Positions 9,847 to 18,501 of a stretch of DNA of 64,000 nucleotides are shown here, one piece after another (position 1 is the first letter of the stretch; each line of letters begins with the position of its first letter). The stretch comes from Bradyrhizobium sp. Lineage in GTDB: Bacteria; Pseudomonadota; Alphaproteobacteria; Rhizobiales; Xanthobacteraceae. A program made the translations under genes and the position numbers. The notes below the pieces were generated by a model. That model was not told the origin of the DNA, made no database searches, and saw only the letters and a list, made by a program, of their open reading frames with translations. Where the stretch lies: the NCBI RefSeq assembly GCF_016213215.1, contig NZ_JACRAW010000135.1, positions 14,338-78,337 on the forward strand, written 5' to 3'.

Positions 9847-10848
9847 ATGGTCTCCCAATCCTCTCAAACAAGAATCTCGCCCGAAGGTCTGGTCCGCGCG
9901 CCGTCGGCGGTTCCGGTCGATGACGCGGTGCTGCCTTTCGAGGTCGCTGCGCTCGACCTACGCGGCCGGCTGACCCGGCTTGGCCCCGCGCTCGATGACA
10001 TCCTCACCAAGCACGACTATCCACCTGCCGTCGGCAAGCTCCTGGGCGAGGCGATCGTGCTGACGACCCTGCTCGGCTCATCGCTGAAATTCGAAGGCCG
10101 CTTCATTCTGCAGACCCAGACCGATGGCCCCGTCTCGTTCCTGATCGTGGATTTCAAGGCGCCCGACCGGCTGCGTGCCTATGCGCGCTATGACGCGGCG
10201 CGCCTCGTCGACGGCCAGGATTCCGGCACGCTGCTCGGCAAGGGCCATCTTGCCATGACCATCGACCAGGGTCCGGACATGAGCCGCTACCAGGGACTGG
10301 TGGCGCTCGACGGCGGCAGCCTGGAAGACGCCGCTCACGAGTACTTTCTCCGTTCCGAGCAGATCCCGACCCGGGTGCGGCTTGCGGTCGGCGAGGAATG
10401 GCGCAGCAGCGACGGCGGAAAGCACCGCTGGCGCGCCGGCGGCATGCTGATGCAATTCCTGCCCAAGGCGCCCGAGCGGGCGCGGCAGGCGGACCTTCAT
10501 CCGGGCGACGCCCCTGAGGGCACGCTTCACCACACGATCGAGGAGGATGACGCCTGGGTGGAAGGCCGTTCGCTGATTTCAACGGTCGAGGACATCGAAC
10601 TGATCGACCCGGACCTGTCCGGCGAGCGTCTCTTGTATCGCCTGTTTCACGAGCGCGGCGTACGGGTGTTCTCGCCGCAGCCGCTTCAGGCGCAATGTTC
10701 CTGCTCGCGCGGGGCGGTGTCCGCGATGCTGAAGAGCTTCGCGCCGAAGGACCGCGCCGACATGGTGCAGGACGACAAGGTGGTGGTGACCTGCGAGTTC
10801 TGCTCTTCGGTCTATCAGTTCACCCCGCACGAGGCGGGGGTGGAATAG
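9847..10848 (+). CDS. hslO: Redox-regulated chaperone Hsp33
   Basis: C-terminal zinc centre 'CSCSR...' and 'CEFCSSVY', with Hsp33-like N-terminal body. Confidence 0.9.
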   Translation: MVSQSSQTRISPEGLVRAPSAVPVDDAVLPFEVAALDLRGRLTRLGPALDDILTKHDYPPAVGKLLGEAIVLTTLLGSSLKFEGRFILQTQTDGPVSFLIVDFKAPDRLRAYARYDAARLVDGQDSGTLLGKGHLAMTIDQGPDMSRYQGLVALDGGSLEDAAHEYFLRSEQIPTRVRLAVGEEWRSSDGGKHRWRAGGMLMQFLPKAPERARQADLHPGDAPEGTLHHTIEEDDAWVEGRSLISTVEDIELIDPDLSGERLLYRLFHERGVRVFSPQPLQAQCSCSRGAVSAMLKSFAPKDRADMVQDDKVVVTCEFCSSVYQFTPHEAGVE

Positions 10849-10964
10849 GAGCGAGATCCCCGACGCGACATGGCCGTGCCGGACCCGCCATCCATCGCAA
10901 TAGGGATTCATTCGGAATAGATGATTACCGGGTCGAGCCCCGCGATGGCGAGCGCTCCGCGCTG

Positions 10965-11357
10965 TCAGTTCAGCACGCGCTTGCTGTCGGGGCTGTCGAG
11001 CGAGAAGGTCGGCACCTCGATCTCGAATCGCTCGCCGCTTTCGTTGACCATCTGGTAGCGGCCGGTCATGAAGCCCGATGCGGTCGAGAGCGGCACGCCG
11101 CTGGTGTATTCGAAGCGCTCGCCCGGTGCGAGGATGGGCTGCTCGCCGACGACGCCTTCGCCGCGAACCTCCTGCTGGCGTCCCGTCGCGTCCGTGATGA
11201 TCCAGTGCCGCGTGCGAAGCTGCACGGTTTCATCGCCGGTATTGGTGATGACGACGGTATAGGCCCAGAAATAGCGGGATCGGTCGGCCGACGACTGCTC
11301 CGGGACAAAGTTCGGCTCGACGGTGACCTCGATCTGGCGTGTTACGGCGCGATACAT
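10965..11357 (-). CDS. apaG: ApaG (DUF525) protein
   Basis: Start at ATG 11357 ('MYRAVTRQIEVTVEPNFVPEQS...'). 'YFWAYTVVITNTGDETVQLRTRHWIITDA...GEGVVGEQPILAPGERFEYTSG' is typical of ApaG. Confidence 0.85.
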   Translation of the reverse strand: MYRAVTRQIEVTVEPNFVPEQSSADRSRYFWAYTVVITNTGDETVQLRTRHWIITDATGRQQEVRGEGVVGEQPILAPGERFEYTSGVPLSTASGFMTGRYQMVNESGERFEIEVPTFSLDSPDSKRVLN

Positions 11358-11533
11358 GGCTCCATCATATCCAAAAGCACGGCAGGAACCAATTGCCGAT
11401 CGGATCGTGGCGACATCGTGCCGCCGGAATTTCAACGCCAGTTTAAGGCTCGATCATCAACCAACAGCTTTGCTGGCAAGTTGCGGGCCGGTACAATGCC
11501 GGTCCTTGCGACAAAGGCCAAGATCGGAGCGAG

Positions 11534-12772
11534 ATGACCTCCATCGCCGACCAGGTTGCCGGACGACCGATCGCCGGAACGGCCGAAGCGAGTGCGCGTC
11601 CTGCCGTCGCCGCCGCTGCCATCTCGCTTCGGGGCCGTGAACTGAGGCTCGATCTGTTTCGCGGGCTGGCGCTCTGGCTGATCTTCATCGATCACCTGCC
11701 GCCCAACCTTCTGACCTGGTTCACGATCCGCAACTACGGATTCAGCGACGCCACGGAGATCTTCATCTTCATCTCCGGCTACACCGCGGCCTTCGTCTAT
11801 GGCCGCGCCATGCTGGAGGCAGGTGTCGTGGTCGCGACCGCCCGCATCCTGCGCCGGGTTTGGCAGATCTATGTCGCCCACGTCTTCCTGTTCACGATCT
11901 TCCTTGCGGAAATCTCCTATGTCGCGACAAGGTTCGAGAACCCCCTCTACTCGGAAGAAATGGGGATCATGGATTTCCTCAAGCAGCCGGACGTCACCAT
12001 CGTCCAGGCGCTGCTGCTGCGATTCCGCCCCGTCAACATGGACGTGCTGCCGCTCTACATCGTGCTGATGCTGTTCCTCCCCTTGATCCTGTGGCTGATG
12101 AAATGGAAGCCGGACCTGACGCTGGCGCTTTCGGTCCTGCTCTACGCCGTCACCTGGGAGTACGATCTGTATCTCTCGGCCTACCCGAACGGGTTCTGGG
12201 CGTTCAATCCTTTCGCGTGGCAGTTGCTGTTCGTGTTCGGCGCATGGTGCGCGCTCGGGGGCGCGCGGCGAATGTCGCGGATCATATCCTCTCAGGTCAC
12301 GCTATGGATCGCCGTCGCCTATCTGCTGGCGGCCTTCTACGTCACGCTAAGCTGGTACGTTCCGCAGCTCGGCCATTACATGCCGCGCCTGATCGAGCAG
12401 TGGATGTATCCGATTAACAAGACCGATCTCGACGTGTTGCGCTTCACGCATTTTCTGGCGCTGGCGCTCATTACCGTTCGCTTCCTGCCCATGGACTGGT
12501 CTGGTCTGAAGTCGCCCTGGCTCAAACCGCTTATCCTCTGCGGGCAACATTCGCTCGAAATCTTTTGCCTTGGCGTGTTCCTGGCCTTTGCCGGCCATTT
12601 CGTTTTGGCCGAAATCTCCGGCGGCGCGGCAATGCATGCGATGATAAGTCTCTGCGGGATTCTGATCATGTGCGCCATGGCCTGGATCATCTCGTGGTAC
12701 AAGCGGGAGGCCGACAAGAGCGGCTCGAAAAAAGGCGCCATGGTCAATGCTGATCTGGCGGGAGGGGGTTGA
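11534..12772 (+). CDS. OpgC/acyltransferase-3-like integral membrane acyltransferase
   Basis: About 10 predicted TM helices. N-terminal 'RLDLFRGLALWLIFIDH' resembles OpgC/MdoC-type acyltransferases. TGA overlaps the ATG of the next gene. Start is uncertain. Confidence 0.75.
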   Translation: MTSIADQVAGRPIAGTAEASARPAVAAAAISLRGRELRLDLFRGLALWLIFIDHLPPNLLTWFTIRNYGFSDATEIFIFISGYTAAFVYGRAMLEAGVVVATARILRRVWQIYVAHVFLFTIFLAEISYVATRFENPLYSEEMGIMDFLKQPDVTIVQALLLRFRPVNMDVLPLYIVLMLFLPLILWLMKWKPDLTLALSVLLYAVTWEYDLYLSAYPNGFWAFNPFAWQLLFVFGAWCALGGARRMSRIISSQVTLWIAVAYLLAAFYVTLSWYVPQLGHYMPRLIEQWMYPINKTDLDVLRFTHFLALALITVRFLPMDWSGLKSPWLKPLILCGQHSLEIFCLGVFLAFAGHFVLAEISGGAAMHAMISLCGILIMCAMAWIISWYKREADKSGSKKGAMVNADLAGGG

Positions 12773-13524
12773 TGAAGGCGATGGTTCTTCCGAGCCTGGT
12801 GCTGCGGGCCGGCTTTTTGGCCGGCGCGGGCGTGCGCGCGGAGGATGCCCCGGCCACCTGCGATGTTCCTGCCTATCTGCTGACCACCGAGAGCCAGCTC
12901 CCCAAGGTCGCCGACGCGATCAGCGAGCGTCGTGCTCTGGAGATCCTGGTGATCGGCAGCCGTTCGTCGACCATTGCTGCGTCAGAAGACAGCGCCTATC
13001 CGGCGCGGTTGCAGGCGATGCTGAAGGAGCGCTTCCCGTCGACGCCCGTGCACGTTTCCGTAGAACTACAGAACAAAAGGTCGGCAGAAGAGGCTTCTGC
13101 CAGCTTCATTAAGCTTATGGAAACAAAAAAGCCTGTTCTGGTGATCTGGCAGACAGGTACGGTCGATGCTATGCGAGCCATAGATCCCGACGAATTTCGC
13201 AGTGCCGTCACGGAGGGGGTTGCTGCGCTGCAAAATGGCGGGGCCGATGTGATCTTGATGAATCCGCAGTACAGCCCACGCACCGAGACCATGATTTCGG
13301 TCCCACCTTATCTGGATAATATGAGGGTGGTGGCGCAGGAGCATGAAATTCCGCTGTTCGACCGTTTCGGGATCATGCGCCAATGGCAGGACCAGGGCGA
13401 TTTCGACCTGTTCAGCCCAACGCACGGCACCGGCCTCGCGAAGCGCGTTCATGATTGCCTCGCTCGCGCGCTGGCGAAATTCCTCGTCGATGCCGCGCAT
13501 CTCGACCCGGCCCAGCAAAATTGA
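12772..13524 (+). CDS. Secreted SGNH/GDSL-like hydrolase-fold protein (catalytic blocks look degenerate)
   Basis: Signal peptide 'MKAMVLPSLVLRAGFLAGAGVRA'. Paralogous to the next gene ('LVIWQTGTVDA', 'GADVILMNPQYSPR'). ATG 12772 overlaps the opgC-like TGA (TGATG). Confidence 0.7.
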   Translation: MKAMVLPSLVLRAGFLAGAGVRAEDAPATCDVPAYLLTTESQLPKVADAISERRALEILVIGSRSSTIAASEDSAYPARLQAMLKERFPSTPVHVSVELQNKRSAEEASASFIKLMETKKPVLVIWQTGTVDAMRAIDPDEFRSAVTEGVAALQNGGADVILMNPQYSPRTETMISVPPYLDNMRVVAQEHEIPLFDRFGIMRQWQDQGDFDLFSPTHGTGLAKRVHDCLARALAKFLVDAAHLDPAQQN

Positions 13525-13536
13525 GGTCTAGCGTAA

Positions 13537-14538
13537 ATGAGTTCTCTTCGCCCTTTTTGCCGAATGCCAGCGCTGTCGATGCCCGCGCTGGCCGGGCTGC
13601 TGCTGCTGTCGTCGGTTCACCTCCATCCTGGAGCCGCGCAGGCGGCCGAGGCAGCCGCGCCGGCCAAGACTGAGGCCAACACGTCCGCGACGCAGACTGG
13701 CGGCGCCGGCAGTCCCGCCAGCAGCCAGACCACCTCCTCCGAACAGAAGAGTCTCGCCGCCAAGACGATCGACAAGGTCAAGCAGGTCGCGAAATCCGCC
13801 ACCGACATCTTCAGCCGCGTGCCCTGCCTGCCGCCGAAGGGCGATAACAAGTCGGTGGGTTCGCTGCCCCACGTCGCGACTAAGCTCGCAAACGGCGAAC
13901 CGGTCGTCATCGTTGCCTTTGGATCCTCCTCGACCTCCGGCTACGGCTCGAGCTCTCCCGAATACACCTACCCCAACCGCCTCGCGGGGCGCCTGCGCCG
14001 GCAATATCCGACGGCCGAGATCACCGTCATCAACGCAGGACGCGGGGGCGAAGATGCGCCCGAAATGATGAAGCGTCTGCAGACGTCGGTCATCGACATG
14101 CATCCGGATCTGGTGATCTGGCAGGTCGGCACCAACGCGGTGCTGCGCAATCTCGACCCGGCGGAAACCGCCAGCCTGGTCGAACAGGGCGTGTCTCGGA
14201 TCCAGGCCGCGGGCGCCGATATCGTGCTGGTCGACCCGCAATATTCGCCGCGCGTCAACGAGCGGGCCGAAAGTGCGGGCAAGATGATGAAGCTGCTCAA
14301 CCGGGTGGCCGAGCTTCGCCATGTCGGCATCTTCCCGCGTTTCGAGGTCATGCGCGACTGGCACGAGCGGCAGGCGATTCCGATGGATAATTTCGTCATC
14401 GCCGACGGGCTGCACATGAACGATTGGGGCTATGCCTGCTTCGCCCAGTTGCTAGGCGACCACATCATCACGTCGGTCGGTCAGATCAAGCTCGGCGTCA
14501 ATGTGCCGGCCAACGTGCATACGTACCGGCCGATGTAG
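13537..14538 (+). CDS. Secreted SGNH/GDSL hydrolase family protein
   Basis: Signal peptide. Block I 'AFGSSSTSG', block II 'NAGRGGE', block III 'WQVGTNA', block V 'DGLHMN'. Confidence 0.75.
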   Translation: MSSLRPFCRMPALSMPALAGLLLLSSVHLHPGAAQAAEAAAPAKTEANTSATQTGGAGSPASSQTTSSEQKSLAAKTIDKVKQVAKSATDIFSRVPCLPPKGDNKSVGSLPHVATKLANGEPVVIVAFGSSSTSGYGSSSPEYTYPNRLAGRLRRQYPTAEITVINAGRGGEDAPEMMKRLQTSVIDMHPDLVIWQVGTNAVLRNLDPAETASLVEQGVSRIQAAGADIVLVDPQYSPRVNERAESAGKMMKLLNRVAELRHVGIFPRFEVMRDWHERQAIPMDNFVIADGLHMNDWGYACFAQLLGDHIITSVGQIKLGVNVPANVHTYRPM

Positions 14539-14544
14539 TCGACC

Positions 14545-14567
14545 CTCGCCCTCCGGGAGAGGGTGAG
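14545..14567. terminator. Hairpin between convergent SGNH gene and metZ (possible bidirectional terminator)
   Basis: CTCGCCCTC-cggga-GAGGGTGAG: 9-bp stem including one G.U pair. No clear U-tract. Confidence 0.4.
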
Positions 14568-14571
14568 ATCA

Positions 14572-15777
14572 TCACGCCTTTTCCAGCGCCCCACAGAGAT
14601 CCTCGATCAGGTCATCGGCGTGTTCGAGGCCGGCCGAGAAGCGGATGAAGCCTTCACTGATGCCGAGCTCGGAGCGGGCCTCCGGCGTCAGCCGCTGGTG
14701 CGTCGTCGTCGCGGGATGGGTGACCAGTGACTTGGCGTCGCCGAGGTTGTTGGAGATTTTCGCCAGCTTGAGTCCGTTGAGGAAGCGGAATGCACCGGCC
14801 TTGCCGCCCTTGACCTCGAAGCCGACGAGCGTCGAGCCGGCGCGCATCTGCTTCTTCACCAGCGCCGCCTGCGGATGGTCGGGTCGCCCAGGATAGATCA
14901 GCCGCGAGATCTTCGGATGGTTCGCCAGCGCTTCCGCGATCCGGCTTGCCGTATCGGTTTGCGCGCGCACGCGCACCGCCAGGGTCTCCAGCCCCTTCAA
15001 AAGGACCCAGGCGTTGAACGGCGACATCGACGGCCCGGTCTGGCGCATGAAGTTATGGATGTACTCGGCGATGAAGGCTTCCGATGACAGGATGATGCCG
15101 CCAAGGCAACGGCCCTGGCCGTCGATATGCTTGGTGGCCGAATAGACCACCACGTCGGCGCCGAGCGAAAGCGGGCTCTGCCAGATCGGCGTGGCGAACA
15201 CATTGTCGACGATCAGGCGCGCGCCGCCCTGGTGCGCGATCTCGGCAATGGCCGGAATATCCAGCACGTCGAGCGTCGGGTTGGTCGGGCTTTCGAGAAA
15301 GCACGTCCGCGTGTTCGGTCGCATCGCGCGTTTCCACTGTTCGAGGTTCAGCCCGTCGACCAGCGTCGAGGCGATTCCGTAGCGCGGCAACAGATCCTCC
15401 ACGACGTAGCGGCATGAGCCGAACATCGCCTTCGAGGCCACGACGTGGTCGCCGGCTTTCAGCGGCGCCAGGATGGCGGTCGTCACCGCGGCCATGCCGG
15501 TTGCGGCCGCGCGCGCCGCTTCCGCGCCTTCGAGCTCGATCATGCGGCGCTCGAACATCGCCACCGTCGGATTGGAAAAGCGCGAATAGATGAAACCGGG
15601 ATCGTCGCCCTTGAAGCGCGCTTCGCATTGCTCGGCGGTCTCGTAGACGAAGCCCTGGGTCAGGAACAGCGACTCCGAGGTCTCGGCAAACTGCGAGCGG
15701 ATCGTGCCGGAATGGACCAGCCGGGTTTCGGGACGGTAGCGGGCTGTTGGCGAGGTGGGCGCCGCGGACTGAGACAT
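14572..15777 (-). CDS. metZ: O-succinylhomoserine sulfhydrylase
   Basis: Start at ATG 15777 with GGAGGT 4 nt upstream. Cys/Met-metabolism PLP enzyme with 'VVYSATKHIDGQGR' (PLP lysine). 'MSQSAAPTSPTARYRPETRLVHSG' is a typical MetZ N-terminus. Confidence 0.9.
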   Translation of the reverse strand: MSQSAAPTSPTARYRPETRLVHSGTIRSQFAETSESLFLTQGFVYETAEQCEARFKGDDPGFIYSRFSNPTVAMFERRMIELEGAEAARAAATGMAAVTTAILAPLKAGDHVVASKAMFGSCRYVVEDLLPRYGIASTLVDGLNLEQWKRAMRPNTRTCFLESPTNPTLDVLDIPAIAEIAHQGGARLIVDNVFATPIWQSPLSLGADVVVYSATKHIDGQGRCLGGIILSSEAFIAEYIHNFMRQTGPSMSPFNAWVLLKGLETLAVRVRAQTDTASRIAEALANHPKISRLIYPGRPDHPQAALVKKQMRAGSTLVGFEVKGGKAGAFRFLNGLKLAKISNNLGDAKSLVTHPATTTHQRLTPEARSELGISEGFIRFSAGLEHADDLIEDLCGALEKA

Positions 15778-15920
15778 GTGACCTCCATGGTGACCACTCC
15801 GGAAAATGGTCACAAAAAAACCGGCCTGGAAATTTCCACTGGCCGGGATCACACGTGTCCCCGGCCTGTTTAGCGATTTATTTAACGTGGCTGCAAGCCG
15901 GCCGGCTCAAATCACCACGG
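15778..15920 (-). promoter_or_regulatory. Structured metZ 5' leader: candidate riboswitch (SAM-II class suspected) with intrinsic attenuator
   Basis: On the minus strand: GUGAUUU...AAAUCGC helix around a GGCUUGCAGCC hairpin, then CCGGCCAGUGGAAAUUUCCAGGCCGG + UUUUUUU, then GUGACCA...UGGUCAC next to the SD. Plausible promoter CTTGAC-N17-ATAAGA just upstream (15961-15933). Confidence 0.4.
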
Positions 15921-16035
15921 GATAAGTCATGCTCTTATTCCGCCGCGCCCTTTCCGTCAAGGCATCCATCGGATAACCGGAAGGGGCAGATTTCTGCATC
16001 AGGGGCGGCGATTGCCCCTTTTTGAGGACCACCGA

Positions 16036-17142
16036 TTGTCGTTCACGGTTCCTGCCGGCGCCGAGGGTATCTTGCCCGATCGCATGATCGCGACGATGGC
16101 GGATGCCGGCCTCATCCTGCCGGCCTACCCCTTCGTCGAGAGCCAGATTCAGCCGGCGAGCCTGGACCTGCGCCTTGGCGATATCGCCTATCGCGTGCGC
16201 GCCAGCTTCCTGCCCGGCCCGGAGGCGACGGTCGCCGAGCGCATCGATGAACTGAAGCTGCACGAGTTCAGCCTTGCCGACGGCGCGGTGCTCGAGACCA
16301 ACTGCGTCTATATCGTGCCGCTGCTCGAAAGCCTGGCGCTGCCGCCCGAGATCGTCGCTGCCGCCAATCCGAAAAGCTCGACCGGCCGGCTCGATGTCTT
16401 CACCCGGGTGATCGCGGACGGAACCCGCCGCTTCGACATGATCGGCGCCGGCTATCACGGCCCGCTCTATGCCGAGATCAGCCCGAAGACCTTTCCGGTG
16501 CTGGTGCGCGAAGGTTCGCGGCTGTCGCAGGTGCGCTTCCGCATCGGCGATGCGGTCCTCAGCGACCACGCGCTCGACGCGCTGCATTTGAAGGAGCGGC
16601 TGGTCGATGCCGAAAGCGCCGATCTTTCCGGCGGCGTCGCGCTGTCGGTCGATCTCTCCGGCGAGAAGGGCGGCGGCTTTGTCGGCTACCGCGCCAAGCG
16701 GCACACCGGCGTTGTCGATGTCGACCGCAGGGCCGGCTATGCGGCCCTCGACTTCTGGGAGCCGATGCCGGCGCGCTCCGACGGGAGTCTGATCCTCGAT
16801 CCCGGCGAGTTCTACATTCTCGCATCGAAGGAAGCGGTGCAGGTGCCGCCCGATTTTGCCGCCGAGATGGTGCCGTTCGATCCCCTGGTCGGCGAATTCC
16901 GCGTGCACTATGCCGGCTTCTTCGATCCCGGCTTCGGCTACGCGGGGGCGGGCGGCGCCGGCGCGCGTGCGGTGCTGGAAGTGCGCTCGCGCGAGGTGCC
17001 CTTCATCCTCGAGCACGGCCAGATCGTGGGACGGCTGGTCTATGAAAAGATGCTGTCGCGGCCGGATGCGATGTATGGCCACCGCATCGGCTCGAACTAC
17101 CAGGCGCAGGGCCTCAAGCTTAGCAAGCATTTTAAGGTGTAG
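16036..17142 (+). CDS. dcd: 2'-deoxycytidine 5'-triphosphate deaminase (long alphaproteobacterial form)
   Basis: 'GILPDRMIATMADAGLI...IQPASLDLRLG' plus a duplicated dCTP-deaminase-like fold. Start set at TTG 16036 (GAGGA 8 nt upstream); TTG 16012 is the alternative. Confidence 0.8.
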   Translation: MSFTVPAGAEGILPDRMIATMADAGLILPAYPFVESQIQPASLDLRLGDIAYRVRASFLPGPEATVAERIDELKLHEFSLADGAVLETNCVYIVPLLESLALPPEIVAAANPKSSTGRLDVFTRVIADGTRRFDMIGAGYHGPLYAEISPKTFPVLVREGSRLSQVRFRIGDAVLSDHALDALHLKERLVDAESADLSGGVALSVDLSGEKGGGFVGYRAKRHTGVVDVDRRAGYAALDFWEPMPARSDGSLILDPGEFYILASKEAVQVPPDFAAEMVPFDPLVGEFRVHYAGFFDPGFGYAGAGGAGARAVLEVRSREVPFILEHGQIVGRLVYEKMLSRPDAMYGHRIGSNYQAQGLKLSKHFKV

Positions 17143-17188
17143 CTGCCCGCGCGCGTCACTGCGGGGCATCCAGCCTTCGCGTGCCGCT

Positions 17189-17217
17189 CTGGATTGCCTC
17201 GCTTCGCTCGCAATGAC
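17189..17217. repeat. REP-like repeat, family A (CTGGATTGC..CGCTCGCAATGAC), single unit
   Basis: Same unit as at 20934-21054 and 63175-63252. Lies between dcd and the next ORF. Confidence 0.6.
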
Positions 17218-17252
17218 AAACTCAAACCGACAAGATTGATCGGGAGGCGAGT

Positions 17253-18305
17253 GTGAGCGCAGCAACAGACCCCGTCCAGGCGGCGCAATGGCGGCGCTGG
17301 CGCGGCGTGGCCGATCTCTATCATGCCTATTTCACCGGGCTCGTTCTCACCGTGGTCACGCGGCGCGGCAGGGAGGATGCGGCGGAGTTCGTCTTTCGCG
17401 TGTTCCGCCGGCAGCAGCAGGAACGCTTTCTGCCTGGCCTCGAGAAGCTCGGCTTGAGCCATCTGCCTCCTGCCGTCGCGGCGGCGCAGTACCACTATCT
17501 CTCCAACTGGATCGGCGGCGTGCACGTCGAATACATGTATGAGAACGATCGCAAGGCCTGGATCCGCTATCCGCCGCCGCGCTGGATCTGGAGAGGAACG
17601 GCGATCTGCGGGGTGCCCGGCGAAGTCTCGCGCGCGATGTTGCGCGGCTGGCACGCCAACAACGGCGTAGCGCTCAACAATCTCAAGCTCGGGTTCGTGT
17701 GCACCAAGCTGAGCGTCGACGGCCAGGACGGCCTTGAAGGCTACTACTGCGAATACGACCATCCGCTCGAAGTCGATCAGCGCCTGGTCTTCGCGCGACA
17801 TCTGGAGGCGCCACGCTTCGAACCCCAGGCGGCGCCGGCCTTGCCGGTCGACACCTGGCCCAGGCCTCGCCTCGAGAAGGCGTATCGGAACTATGCCATG
17901 GAATATGTGCGCACCGCCGCCCCGGTGATGGTGCAGCTGTTCGGGCCGGAGGATGCCGCTTATCTCCTGCATCTCACCGGCAAGCTGATCGGCATGCAGT
18001 ATTTCGACGAGGTGGCGCAGGCGTTCTCATTGGGCCGCGGCGGCGCGAAGGAGTTCTCGGTTTTCCTGCGCGAGCTGCTGTCGGCCCAGGATGACGTTGC
18101 GGAGGCGAGAGAATCCGGCGGCGCTTGTGAAATCCGGCAGCTGAGCTGGAGGCTGATGGCCGGCGTTGGCGACGATCACCCGGCCTGCTCTGCGGTGCTG
18201 ACCGGAATGGTCGAGGGCCTCGCCGCTGGCTGCGGTCGGCATATCGGCATCGGCATGAGGCCGGGTGCCGGCGGCAAGCCGCTCTTCGTCTGGACGGTCG
18301 GATAA
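17253..18305 (+). CDS. Hypothetical protein, no family recognised
   Basis: 350-codon ORF with GTG start preceded by GGGAGG. High-GC codon usage consistent with coding. No motifs I can name. Confidence 0.6.
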   Translation: MSAATDPVQAAQWRRWRGVADLYHAYFTGLVLTVVTRRGREDAAEFVFRVFRRQQQERFLPGLEKLGLSHLPPAVAAAQYHYLSNWIGGVHVEYMYENDRKAWIRYPPPRWIWRGTAICGVPGEVSRAMLRGWHANNGVALNNLKLGFVCTKLSVDGQDGLEGYYCEYDHPLEVDQRLVFARHLEAPRFEPQAAPALPVDTWPRPRLEKAYRNYAMEYVRTAAPVMVQLFGPEDAAYLLHLTGKLIGMQYFDEVAQAFSLGRGGAKEFSVFLRELLSAQDDVAEARESGGACEIRQLSWRLMAGVGDDHPACSAVLTGMVEGLAAGCGRHIGIGMRPGAGGKPLFVWTVG

Positions 18306-18501
18306 CTCACGCGCTGAAGGGGCCTGTCCCGGGCCCGGCCGCATTCGCGCAGGGCCCCCTTGCGCCCGGCGCAGGTGGAATCGGCCGCTGCCGTGCTAAC
18401 AAGCGCGCTTCCGCGTGCCTGCGCGCGGCCACAGACGAGCCCGTCGGCTCACGAATTTTTCGGTCTGGCCGACTCGCGGTCACAGGCGTCCAGGAGAGGA
18501 A

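Noticed and set aside
15907-17265. 452-aa minus-strand ORF covering the whole dcd gene
   Set aside because: Antisense shadow ORF typical of high-GC DNA. The translation is Arg/Ala/Gly-rich low complexity with no motifs, whereas the plus-strand frame encodes a clearly recognisable Dcd.
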